From contig JALOTN010000004.1 of assembly GCA_025457885.1 (NCBI GenBank), forward strand, positions 10,875 through 74,874: DNA of 64,000 bases. The letters are read 5' to 3'. The DNA is from Thermoplasmatota archaeon (GTDB taxonomy: Archaea; Thermoplasmatota; E2; DHVEG-1). This document shows, piece after piece, positions 45,457 through 54,891 of the stretch. Numbering within the stretch: position 1 is the first letter of the stretch; every line of letters begins with the position of its first letter. The position numbers and the translations under genes were made by a program. The notes beneath the pieces are model-generated. The model searched no databases, was not told the DNA's origin, and was given only the letters and a program-made list of their open reading frames with translations.

Positions 45457-45756
45457 TTAGATGACGTCAACAGTGAATCCGAGTTTTTCCAATGCTTCTT
45501 TTACCCGTGTTCGATGGTCTCCCTGGAGTTCAATCCTGCCTTCCTTGATGGTTCCGCCGCAGGCGCAGATCGATTTGAGGTTGCTTACCAAGGCGTTCAT
45601 ATCCAGGTCATGGGGGTTCAGACCGTCGACGACGGTCATCGTCTTCCCATATCGTCTCTTGTCGACCGCGATCGTGATGCTTTGTTGTTCACGCGCTATC
45701 TCTTCACAGACACAGATTTCTTTTGGGAGGCCACATTTTGGGCATATATCACTCAT
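45457..45756 (-). CDS. Translation initiation factor aIF1/SUI1
   Basis: CPKCGLPKEICVC, RRYGK, LKSICACGGT and IELQGDH. Confidence 0.95.
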   Translation of the reverse strand: MSDICPKCGLPKEICVCEEIAREQQSITIAVDKRRYGKTMTVVDGLNPHDLDMNALVSNLKSICACGGTIKEGRIELQGDHRTRVKEALEKLGFTVDVI

Positions 45757-45956
45757 TTGTGTTCTCCTTCCTCCTGCATGATTGTCAGAATCCGTGCGAT
45801 GGATTGACGCAATTGCCGGATTTTCCCTGGGGAGGGTGATGATCCCCCCATGGCAGAGATGCCACGTTCATGCATGAGTTCTTCTTTTAACTCTTTGAGT
45901 TTTTCATTCTGTTCTTCAGGAGTCATCTGTTTTATTTCTTTAACTTTGAGAGCCAT
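45753..45956 (-). CDS. rpl29: 50S ribosomal protein uL29
   Basis: EIKQM..LKELKEEL and PGKIRQLRQSIARILT. Confidence 0.95.
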   Translation of the reverse strand: MALKVKEIKQMTPEEQNEKLKELKEELMHERGISAMGGSSPSPGKIRQLRQSIARILTIMQEEGEHK

Positions 45957-46821
45957 TTTCAGTACCCTCTTCTAACAATTTTCGTATGTTTTTTACTATT
46001 AACTCGGCGGTTTTGTTGCCGATGCCATCGATTGCGATGAGGTCATCGAGATTCATCGTGTACAGCTCCTCAAGGGAGGTGATTTTTGCTTTCTCAAGTT
46101 TTTTTACAACCGAGGGACCAATGCCCGGGACGTCTGTGATTTTCTTGATGTCTGTTTTTTTCTCAAGTTTCACCTCGGGTTGTTTTATCTCCACTTTGGG
46201 TTCTGGTTTTGCTTCTTCTTTTACCGCGAGTTTATAGGTAATCTCATCAGGGAGTTTTGCATCTGGTTTCATGATTCTGACTTTCACGCCAAGCACGCCG
46301 GGTTTGAGTTTCGCGGTCGCATAGCCAATGTCCATGACTTCTTTTGCGGTCTCACCGCAGTATTTCACATGCCCTTCGGTGAATTTCTCTGTCCGGTGTC
46401 GTTCTCCGGTGAGTTTTCCAGCGAGGATCACCTGGCAGCCTTTTGCTCCTGCTTGCATGATTCGTCGGACGGTTGAGTGTCCTGCTCGTCTGAAATGCCA
46501 TCCTCGTTCGAGGGCTTCCGCAAGTTTCTCTGCCATGATCTGTGCGTTCAATGATGCACTTGAGCCTGCTTCCTGAATCTCAATCTGAGGGTTGTCAACG
46601 TTGAATTTCGTGCGAATGGAATCGGTCAGTTCCTTGATCTTCGAACCGCTTTTACCGATGACCATACCGGGTCGTTCGACGAGGATGTTGACTCGGGTTC
46701 CGATGGGGGTTCGTTGGATATTCATCCCACCAAAACCAGCTCCTTCGATTTCTTTTACCAGGAACTTTTTTATTAACGATCGTTTGGCGTTTTCTCTGAT
46801 AAACTTGCGTTCATTAGCCAT
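45940..46821 (-). CDS. rps3: 30S ribosomal protein uS3 with a C-terminal HhH domain
   Basis: RPGMVIG, ERGWHFRRAG and GVLGVKV; C-terminal DVPGIGP..ITSLEEL..IDGIGNKTA. Confidence 0.96.
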   Translation of the reverse strand: MANERKFIRENAKRSLIKKFLVKEIEGAGFGGMNIQRTPIGTRVNILVERPGMVIGKSGSKIKELTDSIRTKFNVDNPQIEIQEAGSSASLNAQIMAEKLAEALERGWHFRRAGHSTVRRIMQAGAKGCQVILAGKLTGERHRTEKFTEGHVKYCGETAKEVMDIGYATAKLKPGVLGVKVRIMKPDAKLPDEITYKLAVKEEAKPEPKVEIKQPEVKLEKKTDIKKITDVPGIGPSVVKKLEKAKITSLEELYTMNLDDLIAIDGIGNKTAELIVKNIRKLLEEGTENGSQS

Positions 46822-47267
46822 TATTCTACCTCTTCAAGAATGATTTCAACATCGGTGGTCGTTTCGTTTTTATCGGTGGCTCTTCCGTGTGCTCGTGGCA
46901 TGATACCTCGGATGATTCTACCTTGATAGGCGGAGATGTGGGTGATTTTCATTTTATCAACATCAAATCCTTTGTACTCAGCGTTGTTCTCTGCGTTTTC
47001 GACGACTTTGAGCATGTAGCGTGCGGCTTTTTCCGGGAAGCTGCCTGGTCCGATCCCTTTCTGATGTAGGCGTTTCTTCTTATGATAGATCGCAGGAAGC
47101 GGTCGTTTCAGGGCGATGATTTCCTCCAGATACTTCTTAGCATCCTCGATGGTTTTTCCTCGTAACGCATGGGCAAGGTTCATCGAGTCTTTTTGGGAAC
47201 AGTGGAGTTCGTATCCGTAGGCTCGTGCGCTTTTTTCCGGGTCTTTCTCAGCTGAGTATTTAGGCAT
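46821..47267 (-). CDS. rpl22: 50S ribosomal protein uL22
   Basis: FPEKAA, NAENNAEYKG and PRAHGRA. Confidence 0.96.
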   Translation of the reverse strand: MPKYSAEKDPEKSARAYGYELHCSQKDSMNLAHALRGKTIEDAKKYLEEIIALKRPLPAIYHKKKRLHQKGIGPGSFPEKAARYMLKVVENAENNAEYKGFDVDKMKITHISAYQGRIIRGIMPRAHGRATDKNETTTDVEIILEEVE

Positions 47268-47273
47268 GGCTCA

Positions 47274-47729
47274 TCACTTCAATGGCATGAATTTAGAACC
47301 TCTGGTAGCTCCTACTCCGGGTCCTGTGTGTTTTACTTTCTTACGAGTCAAAGCGAATTCCCCTAGGTAATGGCCGATCATCTGGGGCTGGATGTTCACT
47401 CGTTCGAAATCCTTTCCGTTGTGAATCAGGATGTTATGGCCAACAAATGAGGGTAACACGATCATATTTCTGCAATGGGTTTTTATCAGATCCCCTTGTT
47501 TTGCGTTCTTCACATCAATCATCAGTTTATTCTCATCCTTTGATAATCCTCGTTTCAGGGTCCGTCGGGACCGTGAGGGAAGCATGGGTAGTAACTCTTC
47601 GACGGTGAGTTTTTGGAGTTCCTCAATGGTTTTCCCATGGAATTGGAACTCCTTTTTTCGAATCTCAACTTTCTTACGGTCTCGTTTCCGTCTGCTCTTC
47701 GCTGCAGACCCAAATTTTATTTGCGCCAT
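47274..47729 (-). CDS. rps19: 30S ribosomal protein uS19
   Basis: KTHCRNM, MIGHYLGEF and GVGATRGSKFMPLK. Confidence 0.97.
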   Translation of the reverse strand: MAQIKFGSAAKSRRKRDRKKVEIRKKEFQFHGKTIEELQKLTVEELLPMLPSRSRRTLKRGLSKDENKLMIDVKNAKQGDLIKTHCRNMIVLPSFVGHNILIHNGKDFERVNIQPQMIGHYLGEFALTRKKVKHTGPGVGATRGSKFMPLK

Positions 47730-47734
47730 GATTA

Positions 47735-48442
47735 TTACCTTCTTCCAGTTCTTCTAGCAGCAATATTCCCGACTTTCCTACCAGGTGGTGCGCCACGTGG
47801 GACACAACTTGGTTTTCCGACATGCTGGTGGCTTCCTCCTCCATGGGGGTGGTCCACCGGGTTCATGGCAACACCACGGACGACGGGGTAGTTCCGCCCT
47901 TTTCCGCGAGATGCATGCCATTTTTTTCCTGCTTTCATGAATGGTTTGTCCTGTCGTCCCCCACCCGCGGCGATGCCGACGGTGGCTCGACAGAGTGAAT
48001 CGAGTGTTTTGAATTGACCGGATGGGAGGCGGATGATTGTCTTGCGGGCATCATGGGAGATGACATAAGCGCCACTGCCGCCTGCGCGAACCATTTTTCC
48101 CCCGTCACCAGGGGTGATTTCGATGTTGTAGATCGGGTATCCCTCGGGGACGTTGCCGATGGGCATGATGTTGCCTATTTCACAGTCTGCTTTGCTTGCA
48201 GTGAATTTTACTTCCTGCCCGATGGAGGATCCCTCGGTTGCTATCATAAGGATTTTTTTGTTGTTCTGCATTCTGATTTCAGCGACAGGAGCGCTTCGAC
48301 CAGGGTCGTGAAGAAGGTTCTCCACGGTGCCTTTGGTGTTCCTGTCATTAGCGTAATGGATGTTTCCTCGGTATTTGTGTGACGGAACGTTGTATCGTCC
48401 ACGGACTCGTCCTCGTCGTTGTTGGATAAGGTTTTTCCCCAT
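47735..48442 (-). CDS. rpl2: 50S ribosomal protein uL2
   Basis: HDPGRSAP, LPSG and VRGVAMNPVDHPHGGG. Confidence 0.98.
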   Translation of the reverse strand: MGKNLIQQRRGRVRGRYNVPSHKYRGNIHYANDRNTKGTVENLLHDPGRSAPVAEIRMQNNKKILMIATEGSSIGQEVKFTASKADCEIGNIMPIGNVPEGYPIYNIEITPGDGGKMVRAGGSGAYVISHDARKTIIRLPSGQFKTLDSLCRATVGIAAGGGRQDKPFMKAGKKWHASRGKGRNYPVVRGVAMNPVDHPHGGGSHQHVGKPSCVPRGAPPGRKVGNIAARRTGRR

Positions 48443-48453
48443 GGTTCACCTCT

Positions 48454-48717
48454 TTAGAAGACTCCTATGCGCATCCCGAGGTCCTCTGCTTTGTATTCTG
48501 GCATGAAGACAACGGTTGCATGTTTTCCTTTGCTTGTTATCCGTGTGTTGACTGATTTGACTTTCACGGAGAACATTTTTTCGACCGCTTTTTTTATCAA
48601 CGCTTTGTTCGCGGTGCGTCTTACAACGAATTCTAATGCGTTGTTTTTCTCCATGTGACTCATTGATTTTTCTGTCACAAACGGATAGAGAACAATTGAA
48701 TATGGATCCATCGTCAT
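48454..48717 (-). CDS. rpl23: 50S ribosomal protein uL23
   Basis: PFVTEKS, ANK..IKKAVE and VKSVNT. Confidence 0.95.
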   Translation of the reverse strand: MTMDPYSIVLYPFVTEKSMSHMEKNNALEFVVRRTANKALIKKAVEKMFSVKVKSVNTRITSKGKHATVVFMPEYKAEDLGMRIGVF

Positions 48718-49478
48718 TATTTTGCGCCTCCTATTTTTGTTAAAGCGGATTTGGTAAAAATGGTTAGTCTGCCAGCAATCCCGCCAGGGGCGAGAAGCTC
48801 GATGTTGAGCTGTTGTGGTTTGCTGATATCGACACCGCTGAGGTTCTCAGAGCTTTGTAATAATCCTTCTTTTACGGAGACGATAAGGAGGGATTTTGGG
48901 ACTCGATAGCGGCGTCCTCGCATCTTTCCTTTGCCGGCTCGGACGTGTTTTCCGTTTGCGGACCGGAGGACATCTGAGTTAATCCCTATTTTCTCGAGGA
49001 CTTCGATGACCTCTTTGGTCTTCTTGAGGTTCTCAAAGTCATCGTCGATGACAATGGGTAAGGTGACTTTCTCGTCAAATCGGTGTCCTCTTTTTGAGAC
49101 GATTTCTTTCACAGCGGTTGCAGCAAGGGCTGAGTTGCGAGCGAGTTTGTTTTCTTTTTTATTCATTTTTTCTTTCCAGTCCCGTTCGACTTTTGGTGGA
49201 TGGGCTCGTCTTCCGCTGACGACATTGGGGGCAAGAGCTGCGGCCTGTCCTTGGGTTAACCGTGGGACACGGGACATCCCTCTGCCTTTTCCTACGGATG
49301 CGACCGCGTGTCGTGTTCCTGCTAAGGGGTCAGACCCGTAGGGTTGTCGTTGGTTTGAGTGGATGACTTCGAATGATTTTTTTATGATGTCCGGTCGATA
49401 GGGGGTGTCGAAGATTTTTGGCAGATCGATTTTTTCTTTGACGGTTCCGTCTAAGGAGTAGAGGTTTACTTTTGTCAT
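48717..49478 (-). CDS. rpl4: 50S ribosomal protein uL4
   Basis: RPDII, GRGMSRVPR, GRRAHPP, RAGKGKMRGR and LAPGG..GRL. Confidence 0.97.
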   Translation of the reverse strand: MTKVNLYSLDGTVKEKIDLPKIFDTPYRPDIIKKSFEVIHSNQRQPYGSDPLAGTRHAVASVGKGRGMSRVPRLTQGQAAALAPNVVSGRRAHPPKVERDWKEKMNKKENKLARNSALAATAVKEIVSKRGHRFDEKVTLPIVIDDDFENLKKTKEVIEVLEKIGINSDVLRSANGKHVRAGKGKMRGRRYRVPKSLLIVSVKEGLLQSSENLSGVDISKPQQLNIELLAPGGIAGRLTIFTKSALTKIGGAK

Positions 49479-49480
49479 TG

Positions 49481-50473
49481 TTAGGCCCCCTGTTTACTCG
49501 TGGTGGACACATAGGTGATTTCTGCTTTTTGGAATTTCACACCTCGTTGATATCGGACTGCGTCTCGCATCCCAATGAGTCGTTTGGTTGGTCCTGGGAT
49601 GGAGCCATGGATAAGGATGTAGGAGTTGCGTATCACACCGTAGTTCGGGAATCCGCCAGCAGGGGTGATCTCCTCGCCGTTCTCTCCGATTTTCAGGACA
49701 CGTTTGTTGTATTCGGTGCGTTGATGGTATCCCATTTGTCCTGCTTGTGGGACGGTTGCCTGTACCCAGCTGGGGTGCCAGGAACCCGCGGTTCCGATCA
49801 TCCGTCGGTGTTTTGAGTTTTTATGTAAAAGGAGTTTCACATGATGTCTTTTGATGGTGCCTTGCCATCCTTTTCCTTTGGTGATAGCGATGGTGTCCAG
49901 CATGTCTCCTTCTTTGACGACATCGTTTATCTTAAGGTCTTTTCCGAGGAGGTCTTTTGCGTATTTGACTTGATCTTCAATGGTGCCTCCGCCGATTTTC
50001 ACCTCGCTAATCTCTGGTGCTTTTTTGGTTGTCCCAGAAACGAGTTTTGGTTGTGTGTAGACGATAACGCGTATTTCGTCGGCATCCTTTGTCAGGTCCC
50101 AGTTTTTCTCTTTTTGGTTTTTTGCCATGGGGATCCTGCGTGAGAGTTCTGGGTCGAGTTTTTCTGCCCAGATTTCACCAGTGCATTGGAGCCCGTAGGC
50201 GGTTTGATGGTATGCGCGGACTGCAGCGACTTTCATGGGTGGTGTTTCGACGACAGTGACAGCCATTTTGACTTCTCTACCTGAGGTTGTCGAGGTTGGT
50301 CGGTAGTCGACGATGAATGCATGGGTCATCCCGGCTTTGTATCCGAAGAAGCCTTGGATCTTTGGTTTGTCCGCTCCTTCTGCCCAGCTTTTAATGTGGG
50401 GTGTTTCTGTTTTTGCTCGTTTGCGTGGCCAATAACCGTGTGACCCTCGTTTTGGATGGTGGATATTTGGCAT
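49481..50473 (-). CDS. rpl3: 50S ribosomal protein uL3
   Basis: PRKRA, GYKAGMTH, TKGKGWQG and GQMGYHQRTEYNKR. Confidence 0.98.
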   Translation of the reverse strand: MPNIHHPKRGSHGYWPRKRAKTETPHIKSWAEGADKPKIQGFFGYKAGMTHAFIVDYRPTSTTSGREVKMAVTVVETPPMKVAAVRAYHQTAYGLQCTGEIWAEKLDPELSRRIPMAKNQKEKNWDLTKDADEIRVIVYTQPKLVSGTTKKAPEISEVKIGGGTIEDQVKYAKDLLGKDLKINDVVKEGDMLDTIAITKGKGWQGTIKRHHVKLLLHKNSKHRRMIGTAGSWHPSWVQATVPQAGQMGYHQRTEYNKRVLKIGENGEEITPAGGFPNYGVIRNSYILIHGSIPGPTKRLIGMRDAVRYQRGVKFQKAEITYVSTTSKQGA

Positions 50474-50778
50474 AATATATCCTCTGTTTTTTTCTAGTCT
50501 GTATTAGATTGAATTGTTGTTGTGTCAGAACCGTGACATTTCCGAAACAACCAAAAATAGGTGAGGTTGTTTCTTACCGGGATTCTTGGAGAATTGCCCG
50601 ATCGTGTCTGGTAGAGACAAGGAAGTAAGGCATAAAAGAATTGGTATATAAATGTTGTCCCCTTGAGAGTTGGTTCATGGAAATGGGTTGGTGAGTCAGT
50701 CTGTAGTGTACAATATATATTATGCATTTTTCATGGTTTTGTTTTTGTTTTTGCATATCTTCTTACATTGGAGTGATG

Positions 50779-50793
50779 TTGGTAATTTACCAA
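50779..50793. promoter_or_regulatory. Palindrome TTGGTAA-T-TTACCAA next to the pstS TATA box, candidate phosphate-regulator site
   Basis: Perfect 7-bp arms, a few nt upstream of TTATAAAT (about 50797-50804). Confidence 0.45.
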
Positions 50794-50892
50794 TAATTAT
50801 AAATAGGGGCTACACTATAATATTATTGCTGATACGTTGCTTGCTATCATCAGTCAATGCAACGGTAGCAGAACAAAAGGGAGACATTATAA

Positions 50893-51879
50893 ATGGATGA
50901 AAAAACTCAAAAGAACAAAAAAATAATCACAACACTTCTCATCATAAGCATGGTAGGAATCATAAGCTTCTCAGGATGTACCACTCAACAAGAAGCCACC
51001 ACCATAAAAGTCTCAGGAGCATACTCGCTCTATCCGATGATGGTGATCTGGGCTCAACAATATCATAGCCTGCATCCTGATATCAACATCGATGTCAGCT
51101 CTGGTGGAGCCGGAAAAGGAATGGCAGACGCACTCGCCGGTTCCGTCAACCTTGGGATGGTCTCACGAGATGTTACCTCGGCAGAGGCAGACCAAGGCAT
51201 CATCGCCGTCGCCGTCGTCGAAGACGCAGTCCTTGCGACCATCAACACCGAAAACCCGGTGCTTGCGATCATCCAAGAAAAGGGACTGACCAAAGAACAA
51301 CTCCGAGCAATCTTCATCAACTACTCCATAACAACCTGGGGGCAACTCGTTGGAGATATGAACAACACCGACCCGATTAAGGTCTACTCACGATCTGACC
51401 CCTGTGGCGCGGCTGAATCCTGGGTAAAATACCTTGGAGACTACACACAGGACTCCATCCCGACCCGGGAAGAAATCACCAAGGTAAAAGGCGATGACTC
51501 CATGTCAAAATCCATCGCAGGCGACCCCCTTGGGATCGGATACAGCAACGTCAACTATATTTACTCCAACTCCACAAAAACCCCTAAGGACGGAATCGCG
51601 GTCGTTCCTCTCGACCTCAATGAAAATGGAACCATCGATCCCGAAGAAGATTTTTATGACAGCAGAGACGATGTGGTGAACGCAGAAATCCATGATACCT
51701 TACCAGCACCCCCCTCACGACTCGTCTATCTCGTCACCCTGAACAATTTCACTGGAGCAACCAAAGACTTCGTCCAATGGATTCTCACGGATGGACAACA
51801 ATACACGTTTGACAATGGATATGGAGCAGTACCAACCGACATACTCGACGACCAAATTCAGATCCTCGAAGGCACCTAA
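50893..51879 (+). CDS. pstS: Phosphate ABC transporter substrate-binding lipoprotein
   Basis: FSGC lipobox; SGAYSLYP, GGAGKG, GMVSR and RSDPCGAA; upstream of pstCAB. Confidence 0.9.
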   Translation: MDEKTQKNKKIITTLLIISMVGIISFSGCTTQQEATTIKVSGAYSLYPMMVIWAQQYHSLHPDINIDVSSGGAGKGMADALAGSVNLGMVSRDVTSAEADQGIIAVAVVEDAVLATINTENPVLAIIQEKGLTKEQLRAIFINYSITTWGQLVGDMNNTDPIKVYSRSDPCGAAESWVKYLGDYTQDSIPTREEITKVKGDDSMSKSIAGDPLGIGYSNVNYIYSNSTKTPKDGIAVVPLDLNENGTIDPEEDFYDSRDDVVNAEIHDTLPAPPSRLVYLVTLNNFTGATKDFVQWILTDGQQYTFDNGYGAVPTDILDDQIQILEGT

Positions 51880-51930
51880 GAAAGGATATTTAAAGCCCTT
51901 AATATATCAAAATAAAAAAACAGGATACTT

Positions 51931-52989
51931 ATGTCCCCCAGCACCCTTAACGACCTATTTAAAAATAAAGTAGTGCTAGGAGGCATAGTATCTCTTCTTC
52001 TTTCAATACTCTCACTTTTCGTGCTGAACAATCTTGTCTTTTTTGTGGTGTTCCTGGTCATATTCATCATTCTACTCCTCTTTAACTTCATCAAAATCAC
52101 CAGAAAACTCTACGATACCCTTGGCTCACGCCTGATGCTGTTCGTCACTGCCTCCATCATATTTCTCTTCTTCCTTCTCCTTATCATCCTCATCCAAGGA
52201 TCCCTGCGCATCCTCTCAGAGGAATCCCTTCCGAGCCTCCTTTTCTCCTCAACATGGAAACCCTTCTCCGGGGAATTCGGCCTGTTTGCTGTTATCATTG
52301 ACACCCTCATCGTCACCGCGATTTCCATGCTTATCGCCGTTCCCATCTCCCTGCTTAGCGCGATTTACATCGCAGAATACGCTCCAAAGAAATTCAAAAA
52401 CATCGTCAGACCATTCATCGACGTCCTCGCAGGAGTACCCTCTGTCGTCTTCGGTCTCTGTGCCCTACTGGTGTTCGTCCCTATCGTCCGAGATGACATC
52501 GCCCCGTTCTTCGGCAGCAACATCAGCTCCGGTTTTAGTCTCTTTACCGCAGCATTGATACTCGCCATCATGGTCTTTCCCATCATCATCTCCTTATGCC
52601 TTGAATCATTCAACTCCATCCCCATCGCCCTCAAAGAAGCATCACTCTCTGTGGGAGCCACCAAATGGGAGACTGTGAAAAAAGTCATCTTCCGCGCCTC
52701 CGGCCCCGGGATACTTGCCGCAATCTTCCTAGGATTCGGCAGAGCATTTGGTGAAACCATCGCGGTTAGCATGGTGATCGGCAACCAAGAGCTCATCCCC
52801 AGTTCACTCTTCGGACCCGGTCAGACGCTTGCTTCCCTCATCGCTTCTAACTACACCGAGGTAAGCTCCATTCCGATTCTTGCGAGCGCCCTTATCTTCG
52901 TCGCCTTACTCCTTTTTATTGTCGTACTCATCTTCAATCTCCTTGGATACCTCGTCCTCCGAAGAGCCAGTAAGAGGTGGAAGTATTGA
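51931..52989 (+). CDS. pstC: Phosphate ABC permease
   Basis: LAGVPSVVFG, EASLSVGATKWE and GRAFGETIAV. Confidence 0.93.
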   Translation: MSPSTLNDLFKNKVVLGGIVSLLLSILSLFVLNNLVFFVVFLVIFIILLLFNFIKITRKLYDTLGSRLMLFVTASIIFLFFLLLIILIQGSLRILSEESLPSLLFSSTWKPFSGEFGLFAVIIDTLIVTAISMLIAVPISLLSAIYIAEYAPKKFKNIVRPFIDVLAGVPSVVFGLCALLVFVPIVRDDIAPFFGSNISSGFSLFTAALILAIMVFPIIISLCLESFNSIPIALKEASLSVGATKWETVKKVIFRASGPGILAAIFLGFGRAFGETIAVSMVIGNQELIPSSLFGPGQTLASLIASNYTEVSSIPILASALIFVALLLFIVVLIFNLLGYLVLRRASKRWKY

Positions 52990-53840
52990 ATAGAAGAAGA
53001 AACATAGAAGAAAAAATATTCATCGGTCTTATGCTTGCTTCCGTGTTCATCGTCATGGGCAGTCTCATCCTAATAGTTGGCGTTATCGTCTTCAACGGAG
53101 CACCATCCCTTTCTCTTCAAATACTCACCCAGACCTCCGAAGGAGGATTCTACCTTGGAGCAGGCGGAGGGTTTCTCAATGCTATCGTCGGATCACTCCT
53201 TCTGGCCCTCCCCGCCACAGGACTTGCCTTCATCATCGGCATCGCTATCGCATTATATCTTCAGAAGGACTTCCTCAACCCAAGCATCGCTAACTTTATC
53301 CGCATCTGCCTGGACATCCTCTGGGGCGTCCCCTCCGTCGTCTACGGAGTGTTCTGCCTCACCATCATGATCGCAATAGGCATGACTGGAGGATCCGTCC
53401 TCTTTGGAATTATCGCTCTCACCCTCCTTGAAATCCCTATCATCACTCGCAGCATCGACGAATCTATTAAAATGGTCCCCGCCGGATTGAAAGAAACTGC
53501 GTATTCCTTAGGATCTACAAAAGTCGAAACCGCGATGAAAGTAGTCCGACGACAAGCCATGCCAGGGATCATCGCTGGTGTGCTCCTCGGGTTTGGACGA
53601 GGAATCGGTGATGCAGCATCGATACTCCTGACTGTCGGGGATTCGAATTATTTCCCAACATCACTGTCAGATCAGACTGCAGCACTTCCCACCATGATTC
53701 TTAACCTCGTCAGCATGCCTGACCAGGTGGTTCAAAACAAGGCATACGCCGTCGCCTTCGTCTTACTTATGATCGTCTTACTCATCAGCATCATCACACG
53801 ATACTTAACCAAAAAATCATCAAAACATATCATCAAATAA
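52986..53840 (+). CDS. pstA: Phosphate ABC permease
   Basis: LWGVPSVVYG, ETAYSLGST and GRGIGDAA; probable TTG start after GAGGTG. Confidence 0.93.
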   Translation: MNRRRNIEEKIFIGLMLASVFIVMGSLILIVGVIVFNGAPSLSLQILTQTSEGGFYLGAGGGFLNAIVGSLLLALPATGLAFIIGIAIALYLQKDFLNPSIANFIRICLDILWGVPSVVYGVFCLTIMIAIGMTGGSVLFGIIALTLLEIPIITRSIDESIKMVPAGLKETAYSLGSTKVETAMKVVRRQAMPGIIAGVLLGFGRGIGDAASILLTVGDSNYFPTSLSDQTAALPTMILNLVSMPDQVVQNKAYAVAFVLLMIVLLISIITRYLTKKSSKHIIK

Positions 53841-53868
53841 AAAAAATATTCATAAGAAGGAATCAACC

Positions 53869-54636
53869 ATGGAGAACCCCAAGACAATCCAAATAGAGAC
53901 CAAGGCGTTAAATGTCGCCATCCACAACAACCAGGTGTTGAAAAACATCGACATTCAGATACCCGCCAAGCAACTCACCGCCATCATCGGTCCATCTGGA
54001 TGTGGAAAAACCACGCTACTCAAATCATTCAACAGACTCCTGGAGATCCAGGACGGCATCAAGATAGAAGGCGAGATTGTCGTCGATGGCATCAACATCA
54101 TGTCCAGCGGCCTTAACGTCCCGGACATCCGGAAAAAAATGGGGCTCATCTCCCAAAAACCCTACCCCTTACCCATGTCCATATTTGAAAACGTCGCTTA
54201 TGGACTGCGCATCCACCATGACAAGAACCAAAAGGAACTCGCAGAGGCAGTACAAAACTGCCTTCAAGAAGTCGGACTCTGGAGCGAAGTCAAAGACCGA
54301 CTCCATGACCCTGCCTCACGATTATCCGTCGGACAGCAACAACGATTATGCCTCGCCAGAGCCATCGCTGTACAACCAGAGGTCATCTTATGCGATGAAC
54401 CTACCTCCGCTCTTGACCCTATCGCCGCCCAACAAATCGAAAAACTCCTCCTAAAACTCAAGAAGGACTTCACCGTCATCCTTGTGACCCATACCCTCCG
54501 ACAGGCCAAACGGGTCGCGGACCATGTCATCTTCCTGTATTTCGGTAAGGTCGTTGAACAGGGAACTGCCGCTGAATTTTTCAACAACCCCAAAAACCCT
54601 GAGACAAAAGCCTATCTTGCAGGAGAAATAAGTTAA
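53869..54636 (+). CDS. pstB: Phosphate ABC ATPase
   Basis: GPSGCGKT, LSVGQQQRLCLARA and DEPTSALDP. Confidence 0.95.
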   Translation: MENPKTIQIETKALNVAIHNNQVLKNIDIQIPAKQLTAIIGPSGCGKTTLLKSFNRLLEIQDGIKIEGEIVVDGINIMSSGLNVPDIRKKMGLISQKPYPLPMSIFENVAYGLRIHHDKNQKELAEAVQNCLQEVGLWSEVKDRLHDPASRLSVGQQQRLCLARAIAVQPEVILCDEPTSALDPIAAQQIEKLLLKLKKDFTVILVTHTLRQAKRVADHVIFLYFGKVVEQGTAAEFFNNPKNPETKAYLAGEIS

Positions 54637-54675
54637 AGAACATCAATTAACAGAAACCACCGAGCGTGAAATACC

Positions 54676-54864
54676 ATGAAAATCGATCTGGAATCCGTGA
54701 AATGCATCAAAGAAACCGCAATCACCATCCGTGGATCCCGCCGACGAATCACCGTTCCCTCCGAAGTCGTCGAACTGCTCAAACTCAAAGATGGTGATAA
54801 ACTCAAATGGATTGTCCTTACAGATCGGACAATCACCCTCTCAAAAGTAAATAATAAAAAATAA
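54676..54864 (+). CDS. Stand-alone AbrB/MazE/SpoVT-type DNA-binding protein
   Basis: GSRRRITVPSEVVELLKLKDGDKLKW swapped-hairpin pattern. Confidence 0.75.
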   Translation: MKIDLESVKCIKETAITIRGSRRRITVPSEVVELLKLKDGDKLKWIVLTDRTITLSKVNNKK

Positions 54865-54891
54865 AAAAAAAGATAGATCTTTGTTTTCCAG

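Noticed and set aside
45152-45756. SUI1 and Rpp29 inside the ribosomal operon
   Set aside because: Known arrangement in several archaeal lineages.
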